From a virus: DNA of 64,000 nt. A program made the position numbers and the translations under genes. Shown in pieces: positions 18,579 to 26,958 of the stretch (its first letter is position 1; each line of letters starts with the position of its first letter). Location of the stretch: the IMG/VR virus record IMGVR_UViG_3300045988_176431, positions 1 through 64,000 of that record; one strand, written 5' to 3'. The notes beneath the pieces were generated by a model. It had not been told where the DNA came from, ran no database searches, and saw nothing but the letters and a program-made list of their open reading frames with translations.

Positions 18579-19773
18579 TGAAATTCAAACAGATGAGGAA
18601 TATAATAATACCTTGGCTGATATGTTCCCATCTGAATTAGATTTTGCAAAAGATTTGGATTCATTTAAGGAAGATTTAAATTTGGATGAAGAAGATGAAT
18701 TTGATTATGATGATTATTTAAATAATCATTATGATGAGGATGTCGAAATCGAAGAAGAAATTGATGATGAGAATAAGGATATGATTGAAGCACAGAAAAA
18801 AGCTTTGGAATTAAAACAGAAAAAAGATTCTGTAGAAGATGATGAAGTGAAGAAATGGCAAGCAATTTTATATCCAGAAAAGAAATTATATCGTTCGATT
18901 CTTCTTGAATATTTTCCAGTAGAACTTTGTATTGAGATTGATAAAATTACTAGAACATTTTCTGTTGATAACAATAGAAAACAGACGATGATTTGTGATT
19001 TATTAGATGAATATAAGGTTCCTTATACTCATCTTGGTTCAGGAACGAACCGATATGGTATTATGGTAGATGGGTATTGTGTGAAGATTGCTTATGATAA
19101 AGATGGTAAGATTGATAATAAACGTGAGTTTATTTATTCTCTTCCATTACAGCCATATGTTGTAAAGACTTATGAAGTAAGTGAAACTGGATTATTCTCT
19201 GTTTGTGAATATGTAACATCTTTTGAAAGATCAGACTTTCTGGATACAGATAATCAGAAAGCCATGAGAGTAATTTTAAAAGATATTTCATCTCAATTCT
19301 TAATTGGTGATGTAGGGGTTACATCAAAGAACTATGCAAACTGGGGATTTCGAGATGATGGAAGTGTTGTTATCTTGGATTATGCTTATATCTATAGCGT
19401 ATCATATCGTCAGTTTGTTTGTTCTTGCGACGGACATTCAATTCTGTATTATGATAATGATTTTATTGATATGATATGTCCGAGATGTGGGAAAAAATTT
19501 TCATTCCCACAATTAAGAAAGAAGATTTCTCGTAAAGATCAGGATGAAGAAATCGGAGACATCACAACAAGAGGGTATGTTCTTACAGAAGTAGAAGAAG
19601 AGAAAGAATTCAATCATAAGTTTGTTGTAGATGCTACTGATAACATCATGAAGCATGTCTTTAAAGAGGAAAAGAAGATAGAGAGGTCTTCAAAGAAACT
19701 GAATAAGAAAAATGAACAAGATTGGGATTCAGATGAAATAAAATCATTTGATGAAATTCTTGATTCTATTTAA
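18562..19773 (+). CDS. protein-kinase-like protein with C-terminal zinc ribbon (tentative)
   Basis: TTG 18562 after AAAGGAG. GSGTNRYG (Gly loop), VKIAYD (Lys), GDVGVTSKNYANWG (D..N catalytic-loop-like), ILDYAY (DFG-like), then CSCDGH...CPRCG. Confidence 0.4.
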   Translation: MSGNHDEIQTDEEYNNTLADMFPSELDFAKDLDSFKEDLNLDEEDEFDYDDYLNNHYDEDVEIEEEIDDENKDMIEAQKKALELKQKKDSVEDDEVKKWQAILYPEKKLYRSILLEYFPVELCIEIDKITRTFSVDNNRKQTMICDLLDEYKVPYTHLGSGTNRYGIMVDGYCVKIAYDKDGKIDNKREFIYSLPLQPYVVKTYEVSETGLFSVCEYVTSFERSDFLDTDNQKAMRVILKDISSQFLIGDVGVTSKNYANWGFRDDGSVVILDYAYIYSVSYRQFVCSCDGHSILYYDNDFIDMICPRCGKKFSFPQLRKKISRKDQDEEIGDITTRGYVLTEVEEEKEFNHKFVVDATDNIMKHVFKEEKKIERSSKKLNKKNEQDWDSDEIKSFDEILDSI

Positions 19774-19794
19774 AAATTTAAGGAGGATACAAAA

Positions 19795-21063
19795 ATGGGT
19801 AAAAAGAAAAAAATGGTAAAATTCAATCCAAGTGATGGAAATGCTGATAACTTTGTAGATGAAGCAAGTATTAGTAAATTTTTGGATAAAATGTTTGATG
19901 AAGAAGATTATGAAGAAAAATCGGAAGAGGTTGGTTCTCTTCCGATTCCAGAAGCAATCCAGAGTATGATGACAGGCTCAGGAGATAATAAGTCAAATGT
20001 TTCTGTTAGAGAAAAGATTAAAGATCTTATTTCTGAACCAGACCCAGAAACTGAAGAAACGCCAAAAATGTTACTGATGAAACAAAATAAGATTTCATAT
20101 GGTATGTATATCGATTATTTGAATCAGTTTCATTTCACAGATGGAGTGTCGAATGATATCACCGTTCCATATGATTCAGCAGAATCGTGTATTAATGCAT
20201 CATTAGATGATGATCTTCTTGGTACACTTATTCTTTACACATTTATGGAAATGCTGAATTCATCCGTTCCAACAATTCGTGCACAATATACGAAAAATGT
20301 TGAAGAATATTTGGATACACATTGTTGGAATAACTTTGAATGGCATAATTATAAGCCATTTATTATCAAGCAAGAAGATTTCTTAACACATACAAGTTAT
20401 CTGAATATCTATATAGTTAATGCTGATTTGTGTGAAGATTATTCTCTTCTTTATATAAATGGGCTTATGGATAGATTTTCTTCGGACTTATTAGAAGAAA
20501 ATCCTGATGCTCTGAAATGTTTATTATTATCATTCCTTTTAGCAATTGAACGTGAATGTAATGAAAATTCATATCTTTCAATGAATGATGACTCCTATAT
20601 TAAATTTCTTGACCTTAATGAAAAATTTAATGACTTTGAGAACTTCAAGAAATTCATGGATGAGTATTGTACTACAGAATCATTGAATGCTTCATCTTTA
20701 TCAAATTCAGTAATGAATATGGAAGATGTATTAACTTCTATTCGTGAGCTTGTTTTAGGTGAAGACAATTCCGAAGAGAGTGAAGGTGTGTCAAATGACA
20801 ATGAACCCTTTCATCCTGAATCAGATGATAATGAGTCAGATAACGGAGACAGATGTGATGAGAATGATAGAGAGATCATCGAAAGCAGCGAACACAGATG
20901 TGATGTTGATGTTAGCAGCGGAGAAGTTGAAGAAGAAATCAGGGAAGAGGAACGACTTGAAGAAGCTGGCGAAGACAGTGAAGCCTTTGAAGATTTCGAA
21001 ATTGAAGGGTCAGAAGAAGTCGAAGAAGAAGGAGAAATGGTTGTACCAGTGATTCGCTCATGA
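19795..21063 (+). CDS. hypothetical protein with very acidic C-terminal tail
   Basis: 422-aa ORF with AAGGAGG RBS. The last ~100 aa are rich in E/D/S. Confidence 0.8.
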   Translation: MGKKKKMVKFNPSDGNADNFVDEASISKFLDKMFDEEDYEEKSEEVGSLPIPEAIQSMMTGSGDNKSNVSVREKIKDLISEPDPETEETPKMLLMKQNKISYGMYIDYLNQFHFTDGVSNDITVPYDSAESCINASLDDDLLGTLILYTFMEMLNSSVPTIRAQYTKNVEEYLDTHCWNNFEWHNYKPFIIKQEDFLTHTSYLNIYIVNADLCEDYSLLYINGLMDRFSSDLLEENPDALKCLLLSFLLAIERECNENSYLSMNDDSYIKFLDLNEKFNDFENFKKFMDEYCTTESLNASSLSNSVMNMEDVLTSIRELVLGEDNSEESEGVSNDNEPFHPESDDNESDNGDRCDENDREIIESSEHRCDVDVSSGEVEEEIREEERLEEAGEDSEAFEDFEIEGSEEVEEEGEMVVPVIRS

Positions 21064-21683
21064 TATATTTTATGGATACAGAAACTCTTACAGAGAGTTT
21101 TACAAAAGATCATGATTGGAATGAAATATTAGAGACTAACTTTGTGTTAGTCTCTAATAGAATTCATTATCAAAAAACAGATAATATCATACATTCATCT
21201 TTATATGATGAAAGAATGATATTTGCCATGTATGGTTCAAAAGAAGATTATAATATTATCCGAAATAGTATTGAAAAATCAGATAAAAAAATTTTTGAAC
21301 TGATAGGAATAATCAGTAAATCAATGATACTGAATGAACGTTTTATACTTTTAACAACAAAGAGTGAAATGAATACAGGATATTTAAAAACATTATCAGA
21401 AATTATAGAAGATATGTTTGAGTATCCTATTATTGATTATAAGAAAGATAGATATAAGTCTTTTAGTTATCATCCCTCTCGAGTTGGAAAAAATATCAAA
21501 TACTATGAAGATAATGTGCTTAAAAAAATTTTGTCTACTCCATTTGGTAGAGAAAAGGCAGTAGAATACATGACAAAAAAAGAAATGAAAAAAATATTAA
21601 AAAAGAAAGGACTATACTCAAAAGCTATGAGTAAGTCTGATATGAAAGACATGTTGAAAGTCTTTTATGTAGAAGAAAGATGA
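21060..21683 (+). CDS. hypothetical protein
   Basis: 207-aa ORF with ATGA overlap to the upstream gene. Confidence 0.75.
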   Translation: MIYFMDTETLTESFTKDHDWNEILETNFVLVSNRIHYQKTDNIIHSSLYDERMIFAMYGSKEDYNIIRNSIEKSDKKIFELIGIISKSMILNERFILLTTKSEMNTGYLKTLSEIIEDMFEYPIIDYKKDRYKSFSYHPSRVGKNIKYYEDNVLKKILSTPFGREKAVEYMTKKEMKKILKKKGLYSKAMSKSDMKDMLKVFYVEER

Positions 21684-21727
21684 TGGAAATTCTCTGTCAT
21701 CTTTCTTTTTTATAATGAGGTGATTAA

Positions 21728-22525
21728 TTGACGACAAAAGAATTAGCAAAGAAAACTGTTTTTTTAAATAAAGATATTAAACTCATATCAAATTCTGAAA
21801 TTATTGAGTATGATATGAAGAATGCTGGTTTTTCTTTGATAAAAAAATATCGAATGTTACCAGATTCGAAAATTAAAGAGTTAGAAAAACTTGGTAAAAA
21901 AGAGACATTGTTTGATAAGAAGTATGGAAAACATGAAAGAGATATTGAGATTGGAAAACTTCAAAGAAAAGATTCTAATCTTTCTGATAAATTAAAAGTT
22001 GCTTTTACAATAGAGAGGGAGAGATTTTTAGAGATGAATCAGATTTCTGAAAACGAAATCATATCAATTAAGAAAGATGCTTTCTTTATCTCAAGTGCAA
22101 AACGCATTCATGGAGAAATTGATGAGTTCATTAATTTTAGAAAGAAGAATCGTTACACATCATATCTTTATATAAAACCTTTTGAAATCTATTTCAAAAA
22201 AGGGGAACCTTTAGAAATTAAAGGTATGGGTGATAAAGCATATGAAAAACATAAAGATTATATGATTCATTTTATTTATACGATATTACAAAAAATAGAG
22301 ACACAAGAACTTTCCTCGGTATTACATTATTTTAGAAGATTTATTGATTCTTATAAAGGATATGAATTAGATACTGAATATTATCGAATGTTTGATAATC
22401 AGAGCAAATTTATCTATACTGATGGAGATACAAGTGATTTGGAATATCGACAAGATAAGAAAGAATTATTTATCTTAAATAACTATACGTTTCTTATCAA
22501 GTTTTTGTCTATTATTATGGAATAA
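21728..22525 (+). CDS. hypothetical protein
   Basis: 265-aa ORF. TTG start after GAGGTGA. Confidence 0.75.
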   Translation: MTTKELAKKTVFLNKDIKLISNSEIIEYDMKNAGFSLIKKYRMLPDSKIKELEKLGKKETLFDKKYGKHERDIEIGKLQRKDSNLSDKLKVAFTIERERFLEMNQISENEIISIKKDAFFISSAKRIHGEIDEFINFRKKNRYTSYLYIKPFEIYFKKGEPLEIKGMGDKAYEKHKDYMIHFIYTILQKIETQELSSVLHYFRRFIDSYKGYELDTEYYRMFDNQSKFIYTDGDTSDLEYRQDKKELFILNNYTFLIKFLSIIME

Positions 22526-22563
22526 AAAAAGAAGTAGTGGAATTTCCACTACTTCTTTTTTTA
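22524..22563. terminator. bidirectional terminator between convergent genes
   Basis: aaaaagaagtagtgg aattt ccactacttcttttt, with A-run and T-run flanks. Confidence 0.75.
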
Positions 22564-23007
22564 TTGAGTTAAATCTCTTAATCGATCATTTAATGATTTC
22601 ATTTCAGCGATTAGAATAAATTTTACATTATTAATGATATAATCATTAATGTATTCTTTTGTAAGAATTGATTTGTTTCGTAAAAAGAAATCTTTATCAA
22701 TTGAATTAAAAACTTTTTCTGATATAGTTTTAACATCTTTATCTAGATTTAAAATATCATATTTTCCATTAACAGCTAATAAAGAACCCATTAATCGATT
22801 TACTTCAACACGAGCAATTTCTAATATAAGTGCCAGATAATCTTGTGAAAGTTGTATATTTTCTCTTTCAGATTCAGTTACTGTAAATTTCTTTCTTGCT
22901 GAAATAAGATATCGCACTTCATTCAATATTTTTAAGATATGATGAATGAATAATAAAGATAATATAGTAATAACAGCAATAATCAGAATAGTTAATGCTA
23001 ATTTCAT
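22561..23007 (-). CDS. membrane-anchored hypothetical protein
   Basis: 148 aa with N-terminal TM helix LALTILIIAVITILSLLFI. Confidence 0.75.
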   Translation of the reverse strand: MKLALTILIIAVITILSLLFIHHILKILNEVRYLISARKKFTVTESERENIQLSQDYLALILEIARVEVNRLMGSLLAVNGKYDILNLDKDVKTISEKVFNSIDKDFFLRNKSILTKEYINDYIINNVKFILIAEMKSLNDRLRDLTQ

Positions 23008-23142
23008 AATATTTACTTCCTTTCTTATTTTTTATTATTAAGTTTAAACGTATATTTCTTATTATGAATTATACACTATATTCGTGAATATAATAAAAAT
23101 AAAGAGAAGGAATAACTCTTGAAACCAGAAAGGAGTCTTATT

Positions 23143-23496
23143 ATGGAGACATTAAATCAAAGACATGAAAGAGAAATGCAAATTAGAAGAAGAGAAAGAA
23201 AGCATATGGTTTGCTGTGCTGTTTTCTTTATTTTAGTAGGAATTGTATTGGCTCTCTGTACATTCAATATTATACAGAAAGCTCAATGTAAATCAGAGTA
23301 TGAGAATTCTGATTTATATAGTTATACTATTCAAAATGGTGATACATTGAATAGTATAACTGAAAAGGTTAGAGAAGAATCTAACTTTGATAGTTTCTCT
23401 CATTATGTTGTAAGAGAAACTATCAAAGATATTAACGACAATATTATCGTTAATAGTTACTTGAAAGCCGGAGATAAAATTCGACTTCCAAGATAA
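23143..23496 (+). CDS. LysM-domain membrane protein
   Basis: ATG 23143 after AAAGGAG. TM helix VCCAVFFILVGIVLALCTF, then LysM-like YTIQNGDTLNSITEKV...YLKAGDKIRLP. Confidence 0.7.
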   Translation: METLNQRHEREMQIRRRERKHMVCCAVFFILVGIVLALCTFNIIQKAQCKSEYENSDLYSYTIQNGDTLNSITEKVREESNFDSFSHYVVRETIKDINDNIIVNSYLKAGDKIRLPR

Positions 23497-23501
23497 TACA
23501 T

Positions 23502-23540
23502 AAAAAAGAGTAAGTATAATATTATACTTACTCTTTTTTA
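23502..23540 (+). terminator. intrinsic terminator
   Basis: aaaaagagtaagtataat/attatacttactcttttt perfect palindrome followed by T-rich sequence. Confidence 0.75.
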
Positions 23541-23552
23541 TTTCTTCTTTTA

Positions 23553-23564
23553 TTTATATATTAT
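23553..23564 (+). promoter_or_regulatory. promoter-like motif TTTATATATTAT
   Basis: Sits between a terminator and the 23603 start (39 nt upstream). The same 12-mer occurs at 32684. Confidence 0.4.
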
Positions 23565-23602
23565 TTTTTTAGTTTAATATAAGAAAGGAGCAAAAAAATA
23601 TT

Positions 23603-23815
23603 ATGAATGTAAAACATGTTAAAGCTCAGAAAACATTTAAATTTTTTGAGCTATCTCCAGGTAATTGCTTTTATAGAAAAGATAATTGTTCTGTGTTAAT
23701 GAAGCTAAATAATATACAACCAAATGCTGTTAATATTAAAAATGGTATATTATGCACAATTATTGATACAGAAGAAGTTATAAAAGTAAATGCTGAAATA
23801 CATATTATTCAATAA
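23603..23815 (+). CDS. hypothetical small protein
   Basis: 70-aa ORF with AAAGGAG RBS. Confidence 0.7.
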   Translation: MNVKHVKAQKTFKFFELSPGNCFYRKDNCSVLMKLNNIQPNAVNIKNGILCTIIDTEEVIKVNAEIHIIQ

Positions 23816-23828
23816 AGGAGGTTTTAAT

Positions 23829-24008
23829 ATGATTAGTGAATCTGTGGTTATACTTTTATTTCTTCTTGTAGCATCAATGTTTTATACATTACATATGGGT
23901 GTAAAGAATATGAATCAGGATACTGAAATTAAAAGATTGAAGCTTGAAAATAAAAAACTAACAAGAGAAAATGAAGAACTGAAAGAAAGGATGATGAAAA
24001 ATGAGTGA
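23829..24008 (+). CDS. small membrane protein with coiled-coil tail
   Basis: ATG after AAAGGAGG. TM helix VVILLFLLVASMFYTL. Confidence 0.65.
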   Translation: MISESVVILLFLLVASMFYTLHMGVKNMNQDTEIKRLKLENKKLTRENEELKERMMKNE

Positions 24009-24426
24009 GGTTGAATGGATTAATGAAAGTATTGATCTTAATGAAATACTTATGGATATAGATGAATTTGTTAGATATCCAGAAAATAATAAAAAGAAAA
24101 AGAAATTGCGTAAAAAAATTTCAGAATTAAAACAACTTGATTATGATAATGAAGAGATTAGGTTGGCAATGAGAATAGCTAAGAATTTACTTCGTAAAAA
24201 CGAGGATACGAAAAAAGAAAATAATGAATCGAAAGAAAGGATGATAAAAATGTCAGTTGATCCATCTTCACCTGAAATAAATGCAAGTGTTGAAGAAGCA
24301 ATCCAGAATATGCGGAAAGCTCTTGTTGATGATGAGATAAAAAAATCTGATAAAGAAATTCTAGATTCTATTGGTGCGAAAGTAAATAGAATCACTGAAT
24401 TAGTCGGAAATAATCTTAATAAGTAA
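24001..24426 (+). CDS. hypothetical coiled-coil protein
   Basis: 141-aa ORF ending at TAA 24424-24426. The next ORF is in the same frame. Confidence 0.7.
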   Translation: MSEVEWINESIDLNEILMDIDEFVRYPENNKKKKKLRKKISELKQLDYDNEEIRLAMRIAKNLLRKNEDTKKENNESKERMIKMSVDPSSPEINASVEEAIQNMRKALVDDEIKKSDKEILDSIGAKVNRITELVGNNLNK

Positions 24427-24453
24427 AGAGACTTAGAAACCACGATTAAACGA

Positions 24454-24702
24454 TTGAGAGATGAAAATAAAGAGTTAAGAAACCAGCTTATATTACAAAG
24501 AGAATGTAAGAATGTATCTTTTGAAAGAATAGATATGGATATTGAGATTTCAATGAAACTGAATATATTGAAATCTGATTTTGAGGAATATAAGAAGTTG
24601 GAACATCATATTGAAAGATTTGTTGATATGGATTCCTGGAAACCAAATGAGGTTTATGATGTTAAAGTAAATGAAGTTTTTAAAAATAAGGAGGATGTGT
24701 AA
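24454..24702 (+). CDS. hypothetical protein lacking its own RBS (in frame with 24001..24426)
   Basis: Open from 24427. Only a TTG at 24454 and no Shine-Dalgarno. The 9 codons after the TAA read RDLETTIKR, a seamless coiled-coil continuation. Confidence 0.5.
   Translation: MRDENKELRNQLILQRECKNVSFERIDMDIEISMKLNILKSDFEEYKKLEHHIERFVDMDSWKPNEVYDVKVNEVFKNKEDV
24670..24696 (+). repeat. gene-boundary repeat copy 1 (aatgaagtttttaaaaataaggaggat)
   Basis: Matches 26236..26263 apart from one extra A in the A-run. Here it encodes the C-terminus NEVFKNKED plus the RBS of the next gene. Confidence 0.8.
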
Positions 24703-24705
24703 TAA

Positions 24706-24888
24706 ATGAATATCAATACAACGATTAATAAAGAAAATATTAGAAGAGCAATGATTGTTTTGATTGACAATGGAATTGAAGAAAGTGAAGCAGGTGTTGT
24801 GTTAGATGCTATCGGTTGCACTCTTCTTGATACACATTTAGATACAGATGGATACCAGATTGATTCAAATGGAAACTTAGTGGATTAA
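24706..24888 (+). CDS. small acidic hypothetical protein
   Basis: 60-aa ORF with AAGGAGG RBS. Confidence 0.7.
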   Translation: MNINTTINKENIRRAMIVLIDNGIEESEAGVVLDAIGCTLLDTHLDTDGYQIDSNGNLVD

Positions 24889-24936
24889 TAAGTAATAAAT
24901 ATGTATTTTATTAGTTTAGAAAGGTAGGTAAAAAAT

Positions 24937-25137
24937 ATGAATGGAATGCAGATTTGGGAAGTAAATGGAATTAATGATTTAGAGGGTAGTTGTTTTGCAC
25001 AGTGTTCTACTAAAAAGAAGGCAGAAAAAGCAATGCAGATTCTTGAAGAAAATGGTTTTAAAGATATGCTTATGATTAAACAAAGTAATTTAAGATTAGA
25101 CCACTTAGTGATTGAAGATAAAACAATTCAACTGTAA
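24937..25137 (+). CDS. hypothetical small protein
   Basis: 66-aa ORF with GAAAGGTAGG RBS. Confidence 0.7.
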   Translation: MNGMQIWEVNGINDLEGSCFAQCSTKKKAEKAMQILEENGFKDMLMIKQSNLRLDHLVIEDKTIQL

Positions 25138-25262
25138 AAAATTCGTGTTCTCTTGGAATGGAGATAAGAAAAATAGAAATTCCTATTGAAAAATTCTTTG
25201 ATGATACAATTTATGATTTATTAGTTCGTGGTTATAAATTGGAAGAAAGGTAGGAAAAATAT

Positions 25263-25445
25263 ATGGAATTTAATGAATATGTAACGATTGATGATCTTGA
25301 TGTACAAAGCGATATTATTAAAACAGGAAATGGAAATTGTGGATATATAATATTGCCTAAGAATTTATGTGGATGTAATCCGGGAAAATATGGTGGATAT
25401 GAATATTGTGATAAAGCAAATTGTCCACTTGAAAACGTAAACTAA
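25263..25445 (+). CDS. small Cys-rich hypothetical protein
   Basis: 60-aa ORF with Cys residues at GNCGY, LCGCNP and YCDKANCP. Confidence 0.65.
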   Translation: MEFNEYVTIDDLDVQSDIIKTGNGNCGYIILPKNLCGCNPGKYGGYEYCDKANCPLENVN

Positions 25446-25475
25446 ATTTGTAATTCTTTAGAAAGGAGAAATGGA

Positions 25476-25622
25476 ATGAGTATTATTGAAAAAAATGCAA
25501 AAACAATTAAGAAGTGGTTAAAACATTTAGATTTTGAGCATGAACACCCAGGTTATGGTGAAGATGTTTATAAAAAGTTAGACGAAATTATTGCAGAGGC
25601 ACAGAAAATAAAAGAGGACTAA
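25476..25622 (+). CDS. hypothetical small protein (48 aa, below ORF-track cutoff)
   Basis: ATG after GAAAGGAG. MSIIEKNAKTIKKWLKHLDFEHEHPGYGEDVYKKLDEIIAEAQKIKED. Confidence 0.5.
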   Translation: MSIIEKNAKTIKKWLKHLDFEHEHPGYGEDVYKKLDEIIAEAQKIKED

Positions 25623-25675
25623 ATTCGTATTTCAAAGGAAGATTGAATGATACTAAGATGAAAGGATGTAAGAAT

Positions 25676-25945
25676 ATGGATAATAGAAATATTGATATTA
25701 CAAATAAAATGAATGAAGTGTTAAATAATTTAAAAGGATTTGATGCGGCAACATCAAATCCAAGGGATGGTAAAATGTTAGTACGATATAATGATACTAC
25801 TTTTTATGTAACTATAGAACCGATATTTAATGATAATGAACAAGGAAAGGAAGCTGATAATAAACCTTTTGAGGAAATAGTCAAAACACATAGTTGGATT
25901 TGGGATGATTCATTAAAATCACATCCAAAAAACAGAATGGAGTAA
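25676..25945 (+). CDS. hypothetical small protein
   Basis: ATG 25676 after AAAGGA. 89 aa. Confidence 0.65.
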   Translation: MDNRNIDITNKMNEVLNNLKGFDAATSNPRDGKMLVRYNDTTFYVTIEPIFNDNEQGKEADNKPFEEIVKTHSWIWDDSLKSHPKNRME

Positions 25946-25950
25946 GTGGT

Positions 25951-26232
25951 ATGTTAGGATATAAAGTTTATTTTAATGGAAAGAAATTTGTGGCAGATGA
26001 GGTTGCAACGGAAGTACAGACTATGCCAGGCGATTCAACTACATCATGGATGACTAACAAAAAATATGCAGTAGATGCTGTAGAACATCATAATACAAAT
26101 GATTTAAAGGATGTAAAAAAGTGTAAAGAATGTGGGGAGTATTTCTGGCAAACAGATGAAGAAAGAAACTGGTTTATTGATAGGAATATGAAAGCACCTT
26201 GTAGATGTTATTCTTGTAGAAAAAAGATCTAA
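25951..26232 (+). CDS. zinc-ribbon protein
   Basis: KCKECGEYFWQTDEERNWFIDRNMKAPCRCYSCRKK follows the CxxCG..F...EQ.F......P.RC..CR zinc-ribbon pattern. Confidence 0.7.
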   Translation: MLGYKVYFNGKKFVADEVATEVQTMPGDSTTSWMTNKKYAVDAVEHHNTNDLKDVKKCKECGEYFWQTDEERNWFIDRNMKAPCRCYSCRKKI

Positions 26233-26235
26233 GTG

Positions 26236-26263
26236 AATGAAGTTTTTAAAAAATAAGGAGGAT
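26236..26263 (+). repeat. gene-boundary repeat copy 2 (aatgaagtttttaaaaaataaggaggat)
   Basis: Intergenic here. It carries the RBS for 26268. Confidence 0.8.
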
Positions 26264-26267
26264 TAAC

Positions 26268-26525
26268 ATGAAAAAAGAAATGATTGGAGATATCTTAAAT
26301 GAACATGATAAACAAATAGCATTTCTTGATAAACGTTTGAGAAAGATGGAGAAACTTTATAAAAAACATAAAAAAAAGTCTGTTAATGCTAAACCAATTG
26401 AGACTCCAGCTGATATTTTGTATTGTCCATGTTGTGGAAATGAAAGTCTGGCATCAGTCTTTGATGGTTATACCTGTACCGAATGTCAATCTTATTTTGA
26501 AATTACCATTAAAGAAGTTCTTTAG
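26268..26525 (+). CDS. zinc-ribbon protein
   Basis: CPCCGN...CTECQ four-Cys pattern in 85 aa. Confidence 0.7.
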   Translation: MKKEMIGDILNEHDKQIAFLDKRLRKMEKLYKKHKKKSVNAKPIETPADILYCPCCGNESLASVFDGYTCTECQSYFEITIKEVL

Positions 26526-26550
26526 GAATAATTGTTGGAGGTGAATAAAA

Positions 26551-26841
26551 ATGAGTAAGGAAAAAGAAGTGAATAAAGAATATTTAGAATTGATTGTTTA
26601 TCTTAGATCAGGATCACAAATTCATAAAAATTATTTCTTTGAAGATGAAGAAGATAAAAAGAATACTCTAGCACAAGCTGATTCATTATTATATGCTATT
26701 AATGGTGACATTCGTGATGAAGTAGTAAAAATTAGAGAATTAGCAATTGTTGTTAATGAAGTCTCAGCATTCTCAGCAAAGGTTTTTAAAGTATCAGATG
26801 TAGAGGATAAAACTATTGAAAAACACATGTTTGTATGTTAA
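26551..26841 (+). CDS. hypothetical protein
   Basis: 96-aa ORF with GGAGGTGA RBS. Confidence 0.7.
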   Translation: MSKEKEVNKEYLELIVYLRSGSQIHKNYFFEDEEDKKNTLAQADSLLYAINGDIRDEVVKIRELAIVVNEVSAFSAKVFKVSDVEDKTIEKHMFVC

Positions 26842-26914
26842 GTCATCAAAATCTTAACAAAAAGATAAAGTAGTTTTTTCATTGCCTTTAATATAAAGGT
26901 GAAACTTGCCATGA

Positions 26915-26958
26915 GAAAAGGATATGGGAATATTCCCATATCCTTTTCCTCTTTTTTT
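26915..26958. terminator. terminator between convergent genes
   Basis: gaaaaggatatgggaa/tattcccatatccttttc hairpin followed by ctcttttttt. Confidence 0.7.
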
